Origin: Alphaproteobacteria bacterium | Lineage (GTDB): Bacteria > Pseudomonadota > Alphaproteobacteria > UBA828 | DNA: 64,000 nucleotides | Assembly (NCBI GenBank): GCA_965220745.1 | Contig: CBDCQT010000005.1 | Location: 1 to 64,000, forward strand | Direction of reading: 5' to 3' | Shown here: positions 48,820 to 57,778 of the stretch, piece by piece | Layout of the letters: each line of letters starts with the position of its first letter | Position numbering within the stretch: the stretch's first letter is position 1 | The notes under the pieces: generated by a model | The model's input: the letters and a program-made list of their open reading frames with translations, nothing else | What the model was told of the DNA's origin: nothing | The model's database searches: none | Position numbers and translations under genes: made by a program

Positions 48820-51182
48820 TGCGGGCCGGGCCGGAACACACAGCGATCGCTGAGCTCGCCGCCCGCTCCGGTACGTCCGTGCCCTGCGCCGGCAACCTGC
48901 CGGTCAAGCTCGACGACCCGGACAGTGTCTGGTTCATCGATCGGGGCGCCGTCGATCTGTTCTACGTCGAATTCAAGGACGGGGTGGAGCAGGCAGCGCC
49001 GCAGCACCTGCTGCGCCGCGAGTCGGGCAATTTGCTGCCGGGTGTCGCGCCGGACGAGCAGGGCGACGGCAAGGACACGCGGCTCAGCCTGATCGCCAAG
49101 GGATTGCCGGGCACCCTACTGAAACGCCTGCCGGCATCCCTGCTGTCCGAGGCCCATCCGGAAGAGCTGGCGGAGCAGGTCGATACGTGGCTGGTCGCCA
49201 TCACCGACGAGCTGTCGCGTTTCGTTGGCTATCTTCCGCGCAAGACCGCGCTGGCCGAGCCCGGCCTGACTCAGACGCTGGCTCCCTGCACGCTATCCGT
49301 GAGACGCGGCGTGGTGTGGATGTCCGAGCCGTCGCGCGGCGCGAGCCTGTTCATGGACATGATCGATCAGGCGGAATTTGCCGGGGTGGGCGGCGCACAC
49401 GAAGCTGCAATACCGCTGACGCGGACGAGTTGGCTCACCCTGCTGGACGAGGCGACGGTATCGGGCAAATCGACCGAGACACTGGTGCGGCAAGGCCTGC
49501 TGCTGCCGACGCTTGCCTCCTTTCACTCGGTCGCCTTCGCCCTGGAACGCCTCAACCGCCGACTGGCCGTGGTCGATGACGCGAATCTCGAGCGCGCCCG
49601 GGTGGCCAGCCGCCGCACGGCCGAAAAATCTGCCCGACAGCGACTCTTCAATATCTATGACCTGCCGACTGACCGGGATGCCGATGTCGAGGACACGGCT
49701 CTGGCGGATGCCCTGAAGATCATCGGCCGCCACCGGGGCATCGATTTCAGGATTCCGGTTCGCTCGGGGCCTTCCGAGCCTCCGGTCAGCCTCGTCGACA
49801 TTCTCAATGCGTCCGGCGTGCGCGCCCGGCGCGTGAGATTCAAGGACGCGGGCAAATGGTGGCACGGCGACAGCAACGCCATGCTGGCATTCCGCGCCGA
49901 GGACGGCCAGCCCGTCGCGCTGCTACCGGGAACGTTCGGGCGCTACCGGGAAATCGACCCGGTCAGCGGGCGCAGCGTGCGGGTCACGGCGGAGCGCGCC
50001 GGCGCGCTGGAGAACGAAGCCTGGATGTTCTATCGCCCCCTGCCGTCGGGGCGCGTGAAGCCGAGCGACCTGCTGCGGCTCGCCCTGCAAGGCTCGGGCC
50101 CGGACCTCGCGCGGCTGGTGCTTGCCGGGCTTCCGGGGGGTCTCATCAAGTTGCTGCCGGCATTCGCACTCGGATTCGTCGCGAACCATATCGTGGCGGG
50201 CGGAAGCGCCGGAGCGATCTATGCCGCGGCCGCCACGCTGGCGGGGTTCGGCCTGCTTGGCGCGATGCTTCACTTGTTTCAAAGCGCGGCGATGATGCGG
50301 CTCGAGGGGCGCTCGGCGTCGCGGGTCGAAGCCGCCTTCTGGGACCGCCTCATGCGCCTTCCGCCGGCCGTTCTGCACCGCCATCCAGCCGGCGACCTGG
50401 CCATGTCGGGGATGACATTCCAGAATCTTCGCGACGGCCTGCAAGGGGTCGTCGCCGACAGCCTGCTGTCGGTCGTATTTCTGCTTCCGGTCTTCGGGGT
50501 CATGTTCTTCTACGATGCCACGCTAGGCGGCATCGCTCTCGTCTTCAGCCTGGGCTCGCTGTTGGTCACCGTCGCCATCGGGTTGCGCCAGATTTCGCCT
50601 TACGGGCGGATGATCAGTGCGGTACGCCGCGTTGCCGGCCGCCTGTTCCAGATCGTGGGCAGCATCGCCAAGCTGCGCGTGGAAAACGCGGAGGGGTCGG
50701 CGTTCGCCATCTGGGCGCGGGATTATCGCGAGCAGAAACGGGCGGAGCTCGAGCTGGGTGCGCTCGAGGGACATTCGCGGGCATTCGGCGCCGCGCTCCC
50801 CTTCCTAGCCGGCGGCGTGCTGCTTTGCGCAGTGGTCACGGTGGGCGAGCGGAACGTCCCGGTCGGCGACTTTCTCGTCGTTTACATCGTCTTCATCGCC
50901 TTCCAGGCCGCCATCGCCCGCTCGCTGATCGGCAGCCCGCGAATCATGCTGCTCGACGAGGCGACCAACTGGCTCGACAACGAAAGCCAGGCCGAGGTCA
51001 TGCAGAACCTGGCCCTCCTCACCTCCACGCGGATCGTCATCGCCCACCGGCTGTCTACGCTGCAGCAGGCCGACCGTATCTACGTGCTGCGGGCCGGACG
51101 AGTCGTGCAAAGCGGCTCGTTCAACGAACTCATGGAGGTCGACGGGGTTTTCAGGGAACTGGTCAGGAGGCAGGTCGCATGA
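48819..51182 (+). CDS. NHLM ABC transporter second subunit with internally deleted NBD
   Basis: cNMP-like N-domain, TMD, then directly IARSL...LLDEAT...AHRL; no Walker A or signature. Confidence 0.82.
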   Translation: MRAGPEHTAIAELAARSGTSVPCAGNLPVKLDDPDSVWFIDRGAVDLFYVEFKDGVEQAAPQHLLRRESGNLLPGVAPDEQGDGKDTRLSLIAKGLPGTLLKRLPASLLSEAHPEELAEQVDTWLVAITDELSRFVGYLPRKTALAEPGLTQTLAPCTLSVRRGVVWMSEPSRGASLFMDMIDQAEFAGVGGAHEAAIPLTRTSWLTLLDEATVSGKSTETLVRQGLLLPTLASFHSVAFALERLNRRLAVVDDANLERARVASRRTAEKSARQRLFNIYDLPTDRDADVEDTALADALKIIGRHRGIDFRIPVRSGPSEPPVSLVDILNASGVRARRVRFKDAGKWWHGDSNAMLAFRAEDGQPVALLPGTFGRYREIDPVSGRSVRVTAERAGALENEAWMFYRPLPSGRVKPSDLLRLALQGSGPDLARLVLAGLPGGLIKLLPAFALGFVANHIVAGGSAGAIYAAAATLAGFGLLGAMLHLFQSAAMMRLEGRSASRVEAAFWDRLMRLPPAVLHRHPAGDLAMSGMTFQNLRDGLQGVVADSLLSVVFLLPVFGVMFFYDATLGGIALVFSLGSLLVTVAIGLRQISPYGRMISAVRRVAGRLFQIVGSIAKLRVENAEGSAFAIWARDYREQKRAELELGALEGHSRAFGAALPFLAGGVLLCAVVTVGERNVPVGDFLVVYIVFIAFQAAIARSLIGSPRIMLLDEATNWLDNESQAEVMQNLALLTSTRIVIAHRLSTLQQADRIYVLRAGRVVQSGSFNELMEVDGVFRELVRRQVA

Positions 51183-51263
51183 TCCGAGCAGTCAGACCGG
51201 GTCGGATTGCTCTCGGCGTAGCGCGCGCCCCGGGCGGCGTCCGCAACTAGGGGCCCCGGTCCC

Positions 51264-53648
51264 GTGGACACGCGCGACATGGCAAGGGAGCCGTTCGCAA
51301 CGCGGTTTGCGAAGCGGGTGCTAGGCGCCCGCTGGATCGTCATCGTGGCGTCGGTGCTGGTAGTTGCGCTCGCGGCGATGGGCGTTACGCAGCTCGAGTT
51401 CTCCGCCAACTACCGGATCTTCTTCGACGAGGACAATCCGCAGCTTCTGGGGCTGGAAGCGCTGGAGAACACCTATGGGAAGAACGAGAACGTCGTCTTT
51501 CTGATCGTTCCCGACGATGGCGACGCCACGTCCGAAGACGCGCTCACGGCCGCCGCCTGGCTCACCAAGGCCGCCTGGAACACGCCGTTTTCGCGGCGCG
51601 TCGATTCGCTCGCCAATTTTCAGTACACGACCGCCGACGGCGACGATCTGTACGTGCGGGACCTGGTCGATCTGCAGGAGCTGTCGGACGCCGAGGCGCG
51701 CGCGCGAATCCGCGACATCGCCCTGTCCGACCCGCGTATCGCCGGCAGCATTCTGGGTCTGAACGGCGATGTCAGCGTCGTCAACGTCACCGTCGAGCTG
51801 CCGGAAGACGGCCTGCTGGAGGCTGTGGCCGAGGTTGCCGAATTCGCCAGATCGCTTGCTGCGGAGGCAGAAGAACGATTTCCCGGCATGGACCTCCGCG
51901 TCGTCGGCACGGCCATGGTCAACCAGACGTTCCTGGAAGCCTCGGTCAGCAGCCAGATGATGTTTCTGCCGGCGAGCCTGCTGCTCATGGCCGTGATCCT
52001 TGGCATCCTCACTCGCAGCTGGACGGGCGTTGTGGGAACCGGGATCGTCATCGTCTTTTCCATTCTCGTCTCGGTCGGCTTGGGCGTATGGCTCGGTCTG
52101 CCCTTTTCTCCGCCCGTAACCCCGGCGCCGACCATCGTGCTGATGATCGTCGTGGCGAACTGCGTGCACCTGCTGGTGGCCTTGCAGCAGCGTCTTCGCG
52201 CCGGGGATTCCAAGCGCGATGCCATTGTCGAAGCCGTGAGGCTCAACCTGCATCCGGTGTTCCTGGCGAGCCTCACGACGACGCTCGGATTCCTGAGCAT
52301 GAACTTTTCCGAAGTGCCGCCCTACCGCGATCTCGGCAACTTCGTGGCTATCGGCATCGCGGCCTCCTTCATTCTCTCCGTTACGTTCATGCCGGCCGTG
52401 CTCTCGCTTCTCCCGCTGCGTGCGCCGAAGGACCGCCGGCTTCTGCCGGCCCTGCTCTCGCTTCTTCCGTTTCCTGCCGCGAAGGAGCGCCGGCTCCGCC
52501 TGCCGCACACGAACGTCCTGGCGGACTCCGTGCTCCGCCACAGGAAGGCGCTGTTCCTGGGGTGGGTGGTGTTCGTGCTGGCAATGGCTGCGGCCATTCC
52601 GCGCAACGAGCTCAACGATGTCCTGGTTCATTTCTTCGACAAAGGCGTCGAGTTTCGCCAGGACACCGATTTCATGGACGAGCACCTGAGCGGCAATACC
52701 CTGCTCGAATACTCGCTGGAAGCGCATGCCGAGGGCGGCGCGACCGATCCGCTTTTCCTCGCCGACGTCTCGAATTTCGCCGAGTGGTACCGTGCGCAGG
52801 CGCCGGTCCGTGACGTGGCGGTCATCACCGATACCTTCCGGCAGCTCAACAAGAGCATGCACGGCGACGACCCGGCGGCCTACCGGCTTCCGGAAAGCCA
52901 GGAGCTGGTGGCGCAATACCTGCTGCTTTACGAGCTTTCGCTTCCGCAGGGTCTGGACGTGAACAACCAGATCGACAGATCCAGGTCCGCCACGCGCGTG
53001 TCGGTGTCGGCGGAGACGCTATCGTCGCAAGAGGTGCTCGACCTGAACGCGCACGCCGAGGCGTGGCTAAAGGAAAACGCGCCGCATGTCGCCAGCGTCA
53101 ACAGCACCGGCCCCGCGGCGCTGTTCGCCTACATCGGGCAGCGCAACATCCGCGCCATGTTGATCGGGACGATGGTGGTGCTCCTGGCCATTTCCGCCAT
53201 TCTCCTCTTCGCCTTCCGATCGCTCCGGCTGGGCCTGATCAGCATCGTTCCCAATCTGGTTCCCGCCGCGCTGGGCTTCGGCGTCTGGGGATTGGCGGTC
53301 GGGCAGGTGGGACTCTCGCTCTCCGTCGTGGTGGCCATGACCGTAGGCATTGTCGTGGACGATACGGTGCACTTTCTCAGCAAGTACCGACGCGCGCGGC
53401 AGGAATTGGGCCAGAGCCCCGAAGAAGCGGTGCGTTACGCCTATGACACGGCCGGCCGGGCCGTGTTCACGACGACGATCGTGCTGGTGGCCGGTTTCCT
53501 GATATTCGCGGTCTCTCCGTTCGTCCCCACCGCGCAGGTCGGGATCCTGACCGCGACAATCATTGCCTTTGCGTTCATCGCCGACCTGACGCTGCTGCCG
53601 GTGCTGTTGACTGCGTTGGACCGGAAATCTGCGAAGCCGCGCGCCTGA
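51264..53648 (+). CDS. MMPL/RND-family transporter
   Basis: two TM repeats, SLTTTLGF, GIVVDDTVHF. Confidence 0.9.
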   Translation: MDTRDMAREPFATRFAKRVLGARWIVIVASVLVVALAAMGVTQLEFSANYRIFFDEDNPQLLGLEALENTYGKNENVVFLIVPDDGDATSEDALTAAAWLTKAAWNTPFSRRVDSLANFQYTTADGDDLYVRDLVDLQELSDAEARARIRDIALSDPRIAGSILGLNGDVSVVNVTVELPEDGLLEAVAEVAEFARSLAAEAEERFPGMDLRVVGTAMVNQTFLEASVSSQMMFLPASLLLMAVILGILTRSWTGVVGTGIVIVFSILVSVGLGVWLGLPFSPPVTPAPTIVLMIVVANCVHLLVALQQRLRAGDSKRDAIVEAVRLNLHPVFLASLTTTLGFLSMNFSEVPPYRDLGNFVAIGIAASFILSVTFMPAVLSLLPLRAPKDRRLLPALLSLLPFPAAKERRLRLPHTNVLADSVLRHRKALFLGWVVFVLAMAAAIPRNELNDVLVHFFDKGVEFRQDTDFMDEHLSGNTLLEYSLEAHAEGGATDPLFLADVSNFAEWYRAQAPVRDVAVITDTFRQLNKSMHGDDPAAYRLPESQELVAQYLLLYELSLPQGLDVNNQIDRSRSATRVSVSAETLSSQEVLDLNAHAEAWLKENAPHVASVNSTGPAALFAYIGQRNIRAMLIGTMVVLLAISAILLFAFRSLRLGLISIVPNLVPAALGFGVWGLAVGQVGLSLSVVVAMTVGIVVDDTVHFLSKYRRARQELGQSPEEAVRYAYDTAGRAVFTTTIVLVAGFLIFAVSPFVPTAQVGILTATIIAFAFIADLTLLPVLLTALDRKSAKPRA

Positions 53649-53938
53649 GGGCGCCGGCCGATTATCGCGGCGCCGTGCGTATCGCCAACATGCCGCAACG
53701 GTTGTTCCCTCAAGAGCGACGACCGACGATTATCCCTGTCACCTTCGGCGAGAAGCCAATCCTCGAACGCAAGCTGCGAGCCGATGTGCATCAAACCAGG
53801 ATTCCCTGAACCCATAACATTTACTTACTGTTGCCATAACCATTTTGTTTAACCCGAATGCTTGATCTTGTGACATACTGGTGATAACGGTGCGCGCTCA
53901 AGGGAGCCGCCCGTCGTCCGGAACAATGGAGGATTGCC

Positions 53939-54190
53939 ATGAGAAGTGGCGATGAAATGCTGCAACACATTATCCAGAAGTCCTCTCTGGATTCGGACTT
54001 CAGGCAACAGCTTCTTGCAGACCCCAAGAGTACCATCAGCGAGGAATTGGGCGTCACGATACCCGAGTCGATGACCATCAAGATCCATGAGAGCGACATG
54101 CAGACGGTGCATCTGGCGTTGCCGCCGGATCCGAACATCACCGAAGAGCAGCTCGAAGCGATCTCAGCGGGACTCTGCTGCTGCTGGTAA
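53939..54190 (+). CDS. srpE: NHLP-leader proteusin precursor, core LCCCW
   Basis: GGAGG RBS; DSDFRQQLLADPK, HLALP, LEAISAG cleavage motif, then LCCCW*. Confidence 0.93.
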   Translation: MRSGDEMLQHIIQKSSLDSDFRQQLLADPKSTISEELGVTIPESMTIKIHESDMQTVHLALPPDPNITEEQLEAISAGLCCCW

Positions 54191-54299
54191 ATCCTGGGGC
54201 GAAATGACCCCAATCTGCAATTGTGCAAAGCTTAATCATGCCTAGCCCGTTCCCGGCCGGAGATGTGCTAAGGCATGGTACGTCCGATTGGGGCTGATT

Positions 54300-55418
54300 T
54301 TAGGGGGAGACCGCTCCGGAAAGCACCATGAACACGTAGGCCTTCGCTTTTCGCAGCCGATCTCCAGATATGACCAGCTTTATGTGGTGAATGCCACGCA
54401 GCAACACATAACGGCCTGACTTCGCAAAGAGCATTGACGGTGTCGAAACCCAATCGGCAAGCGCTGCAAGCTTCTCCGGGACGACGATGTCCTCATGGCT
54501 CAAGGCTTCCAGGAACGGGTCCCAATCGGTCAGGCCGTCGAGCCAATAGCGCGAATCTTTGGTGTATCTCTGCTTGACGATAAGCGTGAGGCCGAGCGTC
54601 GGGCCGACACCCTCTTCGTGCACGTCAATATTCGCCCCGGCCCTGACAATGTTCGCGCGTTCCCTGAAGCGTGCGATCACGGATTCCACGGCCGAGGTCT
54701 CGCCCGGCCAGCCCGCGTCTTCGAGATAGGAACACGTTTCCCGCCCCGACTTGAATCCCATAATCGCGAGCCGGATTGCCCGTGAGCGGGACGGAAACAC
54801 GCCGAACGAATCCATGCGCGTGTCGTCCGGCTGCGCCAGGTAAGCGCGCTTGACGTTCTCCCGCGTGGCGGCGTTCGCCTCCCAGCCCAGGCAGGAAACG
54901 AGCGCGTCAACCACCGTGGCGGCATCGTCCGCCTGACCGCAGCCGCCCATGATCGGGCGCTCGCCGGGCCGCAGGAACAGCCCCGGCAGCGAACGTTCAC
55001 CGCCCTGCGCCGAGCCGATGTCGTATTCCAGCATCAGCTTGCGGCCGACGATGTCGCGCAGCGGCGAGTCTTCGGCATCCATCTGACCGAACAGCCGTGT
55101 GATTGCACCCGCGGTCTCATCCGTCTTGTCGGCGAGGGCGCGCTCCCGGAAGAACGCGGCAGGCCGGGTGCCGCTCGCGAGCGAGACGCCGAAATCCGCC
55201 TGGGGTTCGCGTTCATGCAGCGGAAGCTCGAAGCCGAAGGGAAGGGCCCCCATCGTGATGGGAAGCGTGCCGGCGCAATCGAGCACGCGCTGCCATTCCC
55301 GATCTCCCACGAGAGTCGTCGAAACCCTGTTGCGGAAGTGCCCGAGCAGATCGCCCATGGTGCCGCCCTCTTCGGCGAGACGGTCCTGAGTGAGCGTGAC
55401 TGCCTCGTCAATGTCCAT
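54300..55418 (-). CDS. uncharacterised RiPP tailoring protein, candidate ABBA-like prenyltransferase
   Basis: GFELPL...ADF, LEYD, HHIKL...KAY pattern; cotranscribed after YcaO; function is inference. Confidence 0.55.
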   Translation of the reverse strand: MDIDEAVTLTQDRLAEEGGTMGDLLGHFRNRVSTTLVGDREWQRVLDCAGTLPITMGALPFGFELPLHEREPQADFGVSLASGTRPAAFFRERALADKTDETAGAITRLFGQMDAEDSPLRDIVGRKLMLEYDIGSAQGGERSLPGLFLRPGERPIMGGCGQADDAATVVDALVSCLGWEANAATRENVKRAYLAQPDDTRMDSFGVFPSRSRAIRLAIMGFKSGRETCSYLEDAGWPGETSAVESVIARFRERANIVRAGANIDVHEEGVGPTLGLTLIVKQRYTKDSRYWLDGLTDWDPFLEALSHEDIVVPEKLAALADWVSTPSMLFAKSGRYVLLRGIHHIKLVISGDRLRKAKAYVFMVLSGAVSP

Positions 55419-55427
55419 CGTGTGTCC

Positions 55428-57746
55428 TCACGCAATCACGGGTGCGGGATTCAGGTCGGCTTCGGCGAGAGGACGCGGTTGGCGGCCCATGCCGACGGGC
55501 ACGTCGTAGAGGCGCCCCGGCGCAAATCGCGCCCAGAAGTGGCGCATGCCCGGCACGATGACCCGCGCCACGGGCATGCCGATGTCGGGCCGGGTCTGAT
55601 CCAGCACCAGGAACTCCATGCCCCTGGCTTCGACGAGCGCGCGGCACAGCTCCACATCGTCGCGCGTGTCCGTCGTCTCGATCGCCGGATAGTACGACGC
55701 CGTGCGGAGCGGCGCGTCGTCCGCCGGCGCCAGCCAGGAGCAATCGGCGAGCCGCGCGGTCTTCCACCACCGGAGTGCCAGCGGATCGTCGATCATGGGC
55801 CGGCCGTCTCCTTTGCCGGGGCGTGGCAGCCAGGTGAGGCACTGGTTCAACTCGCAGAGCGCACGGAGCGCCGCGAGCCGCGGGTCGGCGTGGGCGCCGG
55901 CGCCGTAGATGATGTCCTCGGTCCGGGCGTGCGTGCGGCGCGAGAGCGCGACGAACGCGGGAATGCCGATGTCCGACGTGACGTCGAGCAGCCAGAGCGC
56001 GCGCTCGTAGCGGGCGTATTGCTGCAGGGCGGAAGCGAGGTACGCGTCGTCGAAGCTGGCAAGATCGACCGCCGGCACCCGCAGCCGGTTGTACCACCAG
56101 ATGGCGAACGCATCGCGCTCGACCAGTTCGTAGAAGCCCTGGAGGATGGCCTCTTCCAGCGTGTTGCCCGCGGCGCAGCCGTTGGAATCGGCGATCAGGT
56201 CCGCGGGGCCGCGCTGCTCGGCCGCCATGCCGTAGAGCATCGAGGTCGGCAGGTAGCGATGCCGTTGCCGCGTGAGCGACCACACCGGCGTCCAGTCGCG
56301 CGCGGCGTCGGGGTCGAAGCGCGGAGGCACGATGTTGTACGGATGGCCCTTCGCGTTGATGCCCTTCGCGTTGTCGAGCTGAGCGTCGCTGAAGAGCTGC
56401 ACGTCGTTGGGATGGATCGCCTCGTCGCCCCCGCCGAACTCGACGAACCGCCTGCGGATGCAGATCTCGTCGCCATGACGGGCGCCCGAGTAGCGCTCGA
56501 CCGCCTCGCAAAGGGCGCTGACCTTCGACTGCTCCCGCGTGCTGCCCTTGCCCGCGCTCTTGCTGCGCAGGCTCCGCCTGAGCGAACTCAGGCTCCGGCT
56601 TCTCATGCCGAGATTGCTCCCGGCCCAGTAGACGTGCAGCCAGGGGTCGGTCTCATCGGTCGTGCGCGACAGCCAGGTCACGACCCCGCTGACCGGGCTC
56701 ACCAGGTGGCGGTACTTCGCGAGCGTGACCTCCGGCGCCACGGTGCGCGCGCCGCCGCTGTTGCGATGGGTCTTGGGGCTCGCTTTCAGAGCGAGCGGCA
56801 CCGGCGGGCGATCCGGCCGATGCAACGCGTCGTCGCTGCAGGCGAGGCACTGCGGCCGGCGCATCACGGGATGCTGCGCGCTTGCGAACGTGCCGACGTT
56901 CATCGTGATCGCGTGTTCGTGCAGGGGGGCCGCGTCGTCCAGCACCAGCCACTTGACGATCTCCGCCGCGATCAACCCGTAAAGCGCCTCCAGCACCGCG
57001 GGCTGAGCCGCGAACGGCTTGAAGGCAGCCTCCTCGCCGGCAACGCTGCGCAAGAAGCTGTGGACCTCCTGGTGGCCGCGCAGGCGGCTCGCCAGGCAGT
57101 CACAGCAGGGGCCTTGTCCGTCTGCGCGAAAGACGGGGCCGAACAGCACCTCCATGCCGCGCGGCCGCAGCAGTGTCCACGGCGCTTGCGCCTCGAGTTG
57201 GCGCCGGTTCACCTCAGCGAGGCGGGCGTCGAGATAGTCGTCGCAGACGACGACGGTGAGTGTGGGTTTGCCGGCCCCCGTGCTGACGCCGCTCTCTTGC
57301 AGATGCCGGACCAGGCGGCCGTCGTCGCCTTCGACCGCGATGCGCGATTCCGCGAGCCGCCGCTCGACCCAGCGCGGCGATGCGCCGAGCGACGACCAGT
57401 AGGCTGCCCGGCTCCGCTCCATGCCGTGATCGGCGGAGACGACGTAGCCCTTGGCGGCGAGCGCGGCAATGGTCCCAAGAACGTCCGCCGCGGCGTGGGC
57501 GCCCTCCAGTGCTGCGACGATCTCGTCCTGCGGGTGCCGGCCGTCAAGCAAGGGCAGCAGATCGCAGTGGAGCGCGTCGTGCAGCAGGGTATTGAACGAT
57601 TCCGAAACCAGCAGCGTCTGCCGCTCGCCGATGTCGCGGAACTGCAGGTGCGGGGCGAGCGCGGGACGCGTGACGGCGCCCCGGTCCGCAGGCGTCGTTC
57701 TGGTCAGTATCCCGTGCGGGGGCTGCGTGTCCGTCTGCGCTGGCAT
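55428..57746 (-). CDS. srpC: fused E1-like/YcaO TOMM cyclodehydratase
   Basis: GPVF...CCDCL, GKG...SALCEAVERYS, SNGCAAG, ELVERDA, Pro-containing C-terminus. Confidence 0.92.
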   Translation of the reverse strand: MPAQTDTQPPHGILTRTTPADRGAVTRPALAPHLQFRDIGERQTLLVSESFNTLLHDALHCDLLPLLDGRHPQDEIVAALEGAHAAADVLGTIAALAAKGYVVSADHGMERSRAAYWSSLGASPRWVERRLAESRIAVEGDDGRLVRHLQESGVSTGAGKPTLTVVVCDDYLDARLAEVNRRQLEAQAPWTLLRPRGMEVLFGPVFRADGQGPCCDCLASRLRGHQEVHSFLRSVAGEEAAFKPFAAQPAVLEALYGLIAAEIVKWLVLDDAAPLHEHAITMNVGTFASAQHPVMRRPQCLACSDDALHRPDRPPVPLALKASPKTHRNSGGARTVAPEVTLAKYRHLVSPVSGVVTWLSRTTDETDPWLHVYWAGSNLGMRSRSLSSLRRSLRSKSAGKGSTREQSKVSALCEAVERYSGARHGDEICIRRRFVEFGGGDEAIHPNDVQLFSDAQLDNAKGINAKGHPYNIVPPRFDPDAARDWTPVWSLTRQRHRYLPTSMLYGMAAEQRGPADLIADSNGCAAGNTLEEAILQGFYELVERDAFAIWWYNRLRVPAVDLASFDDAYLASALQQYARYERALWLLDVTSDIGIPAFVALSRRTHARTEDIIYGAGAHADPRLAALRALCELNQCLTWLPRPGKGDGRPMIDDPLALRWWKTARLADCSWLAPADDAPLRTASYYPAIETTDTRDDVELCRALVEARGMEFLVLDQTRPDIGMPVARVIVPGMRHFWARFAPGRLYDVPVGMGRQPRPLAEADLNPAPVIA

Positions 57747-57778
57747 TCAGGTCTTCCGCGCCGGATCGGCCGGCACCT

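Noticed and set aside
52389-52496. 54-bp diverged tandem duplication in the MMPL linker
   Set aside because: Real but in-frame in a variable linker; no evident significance
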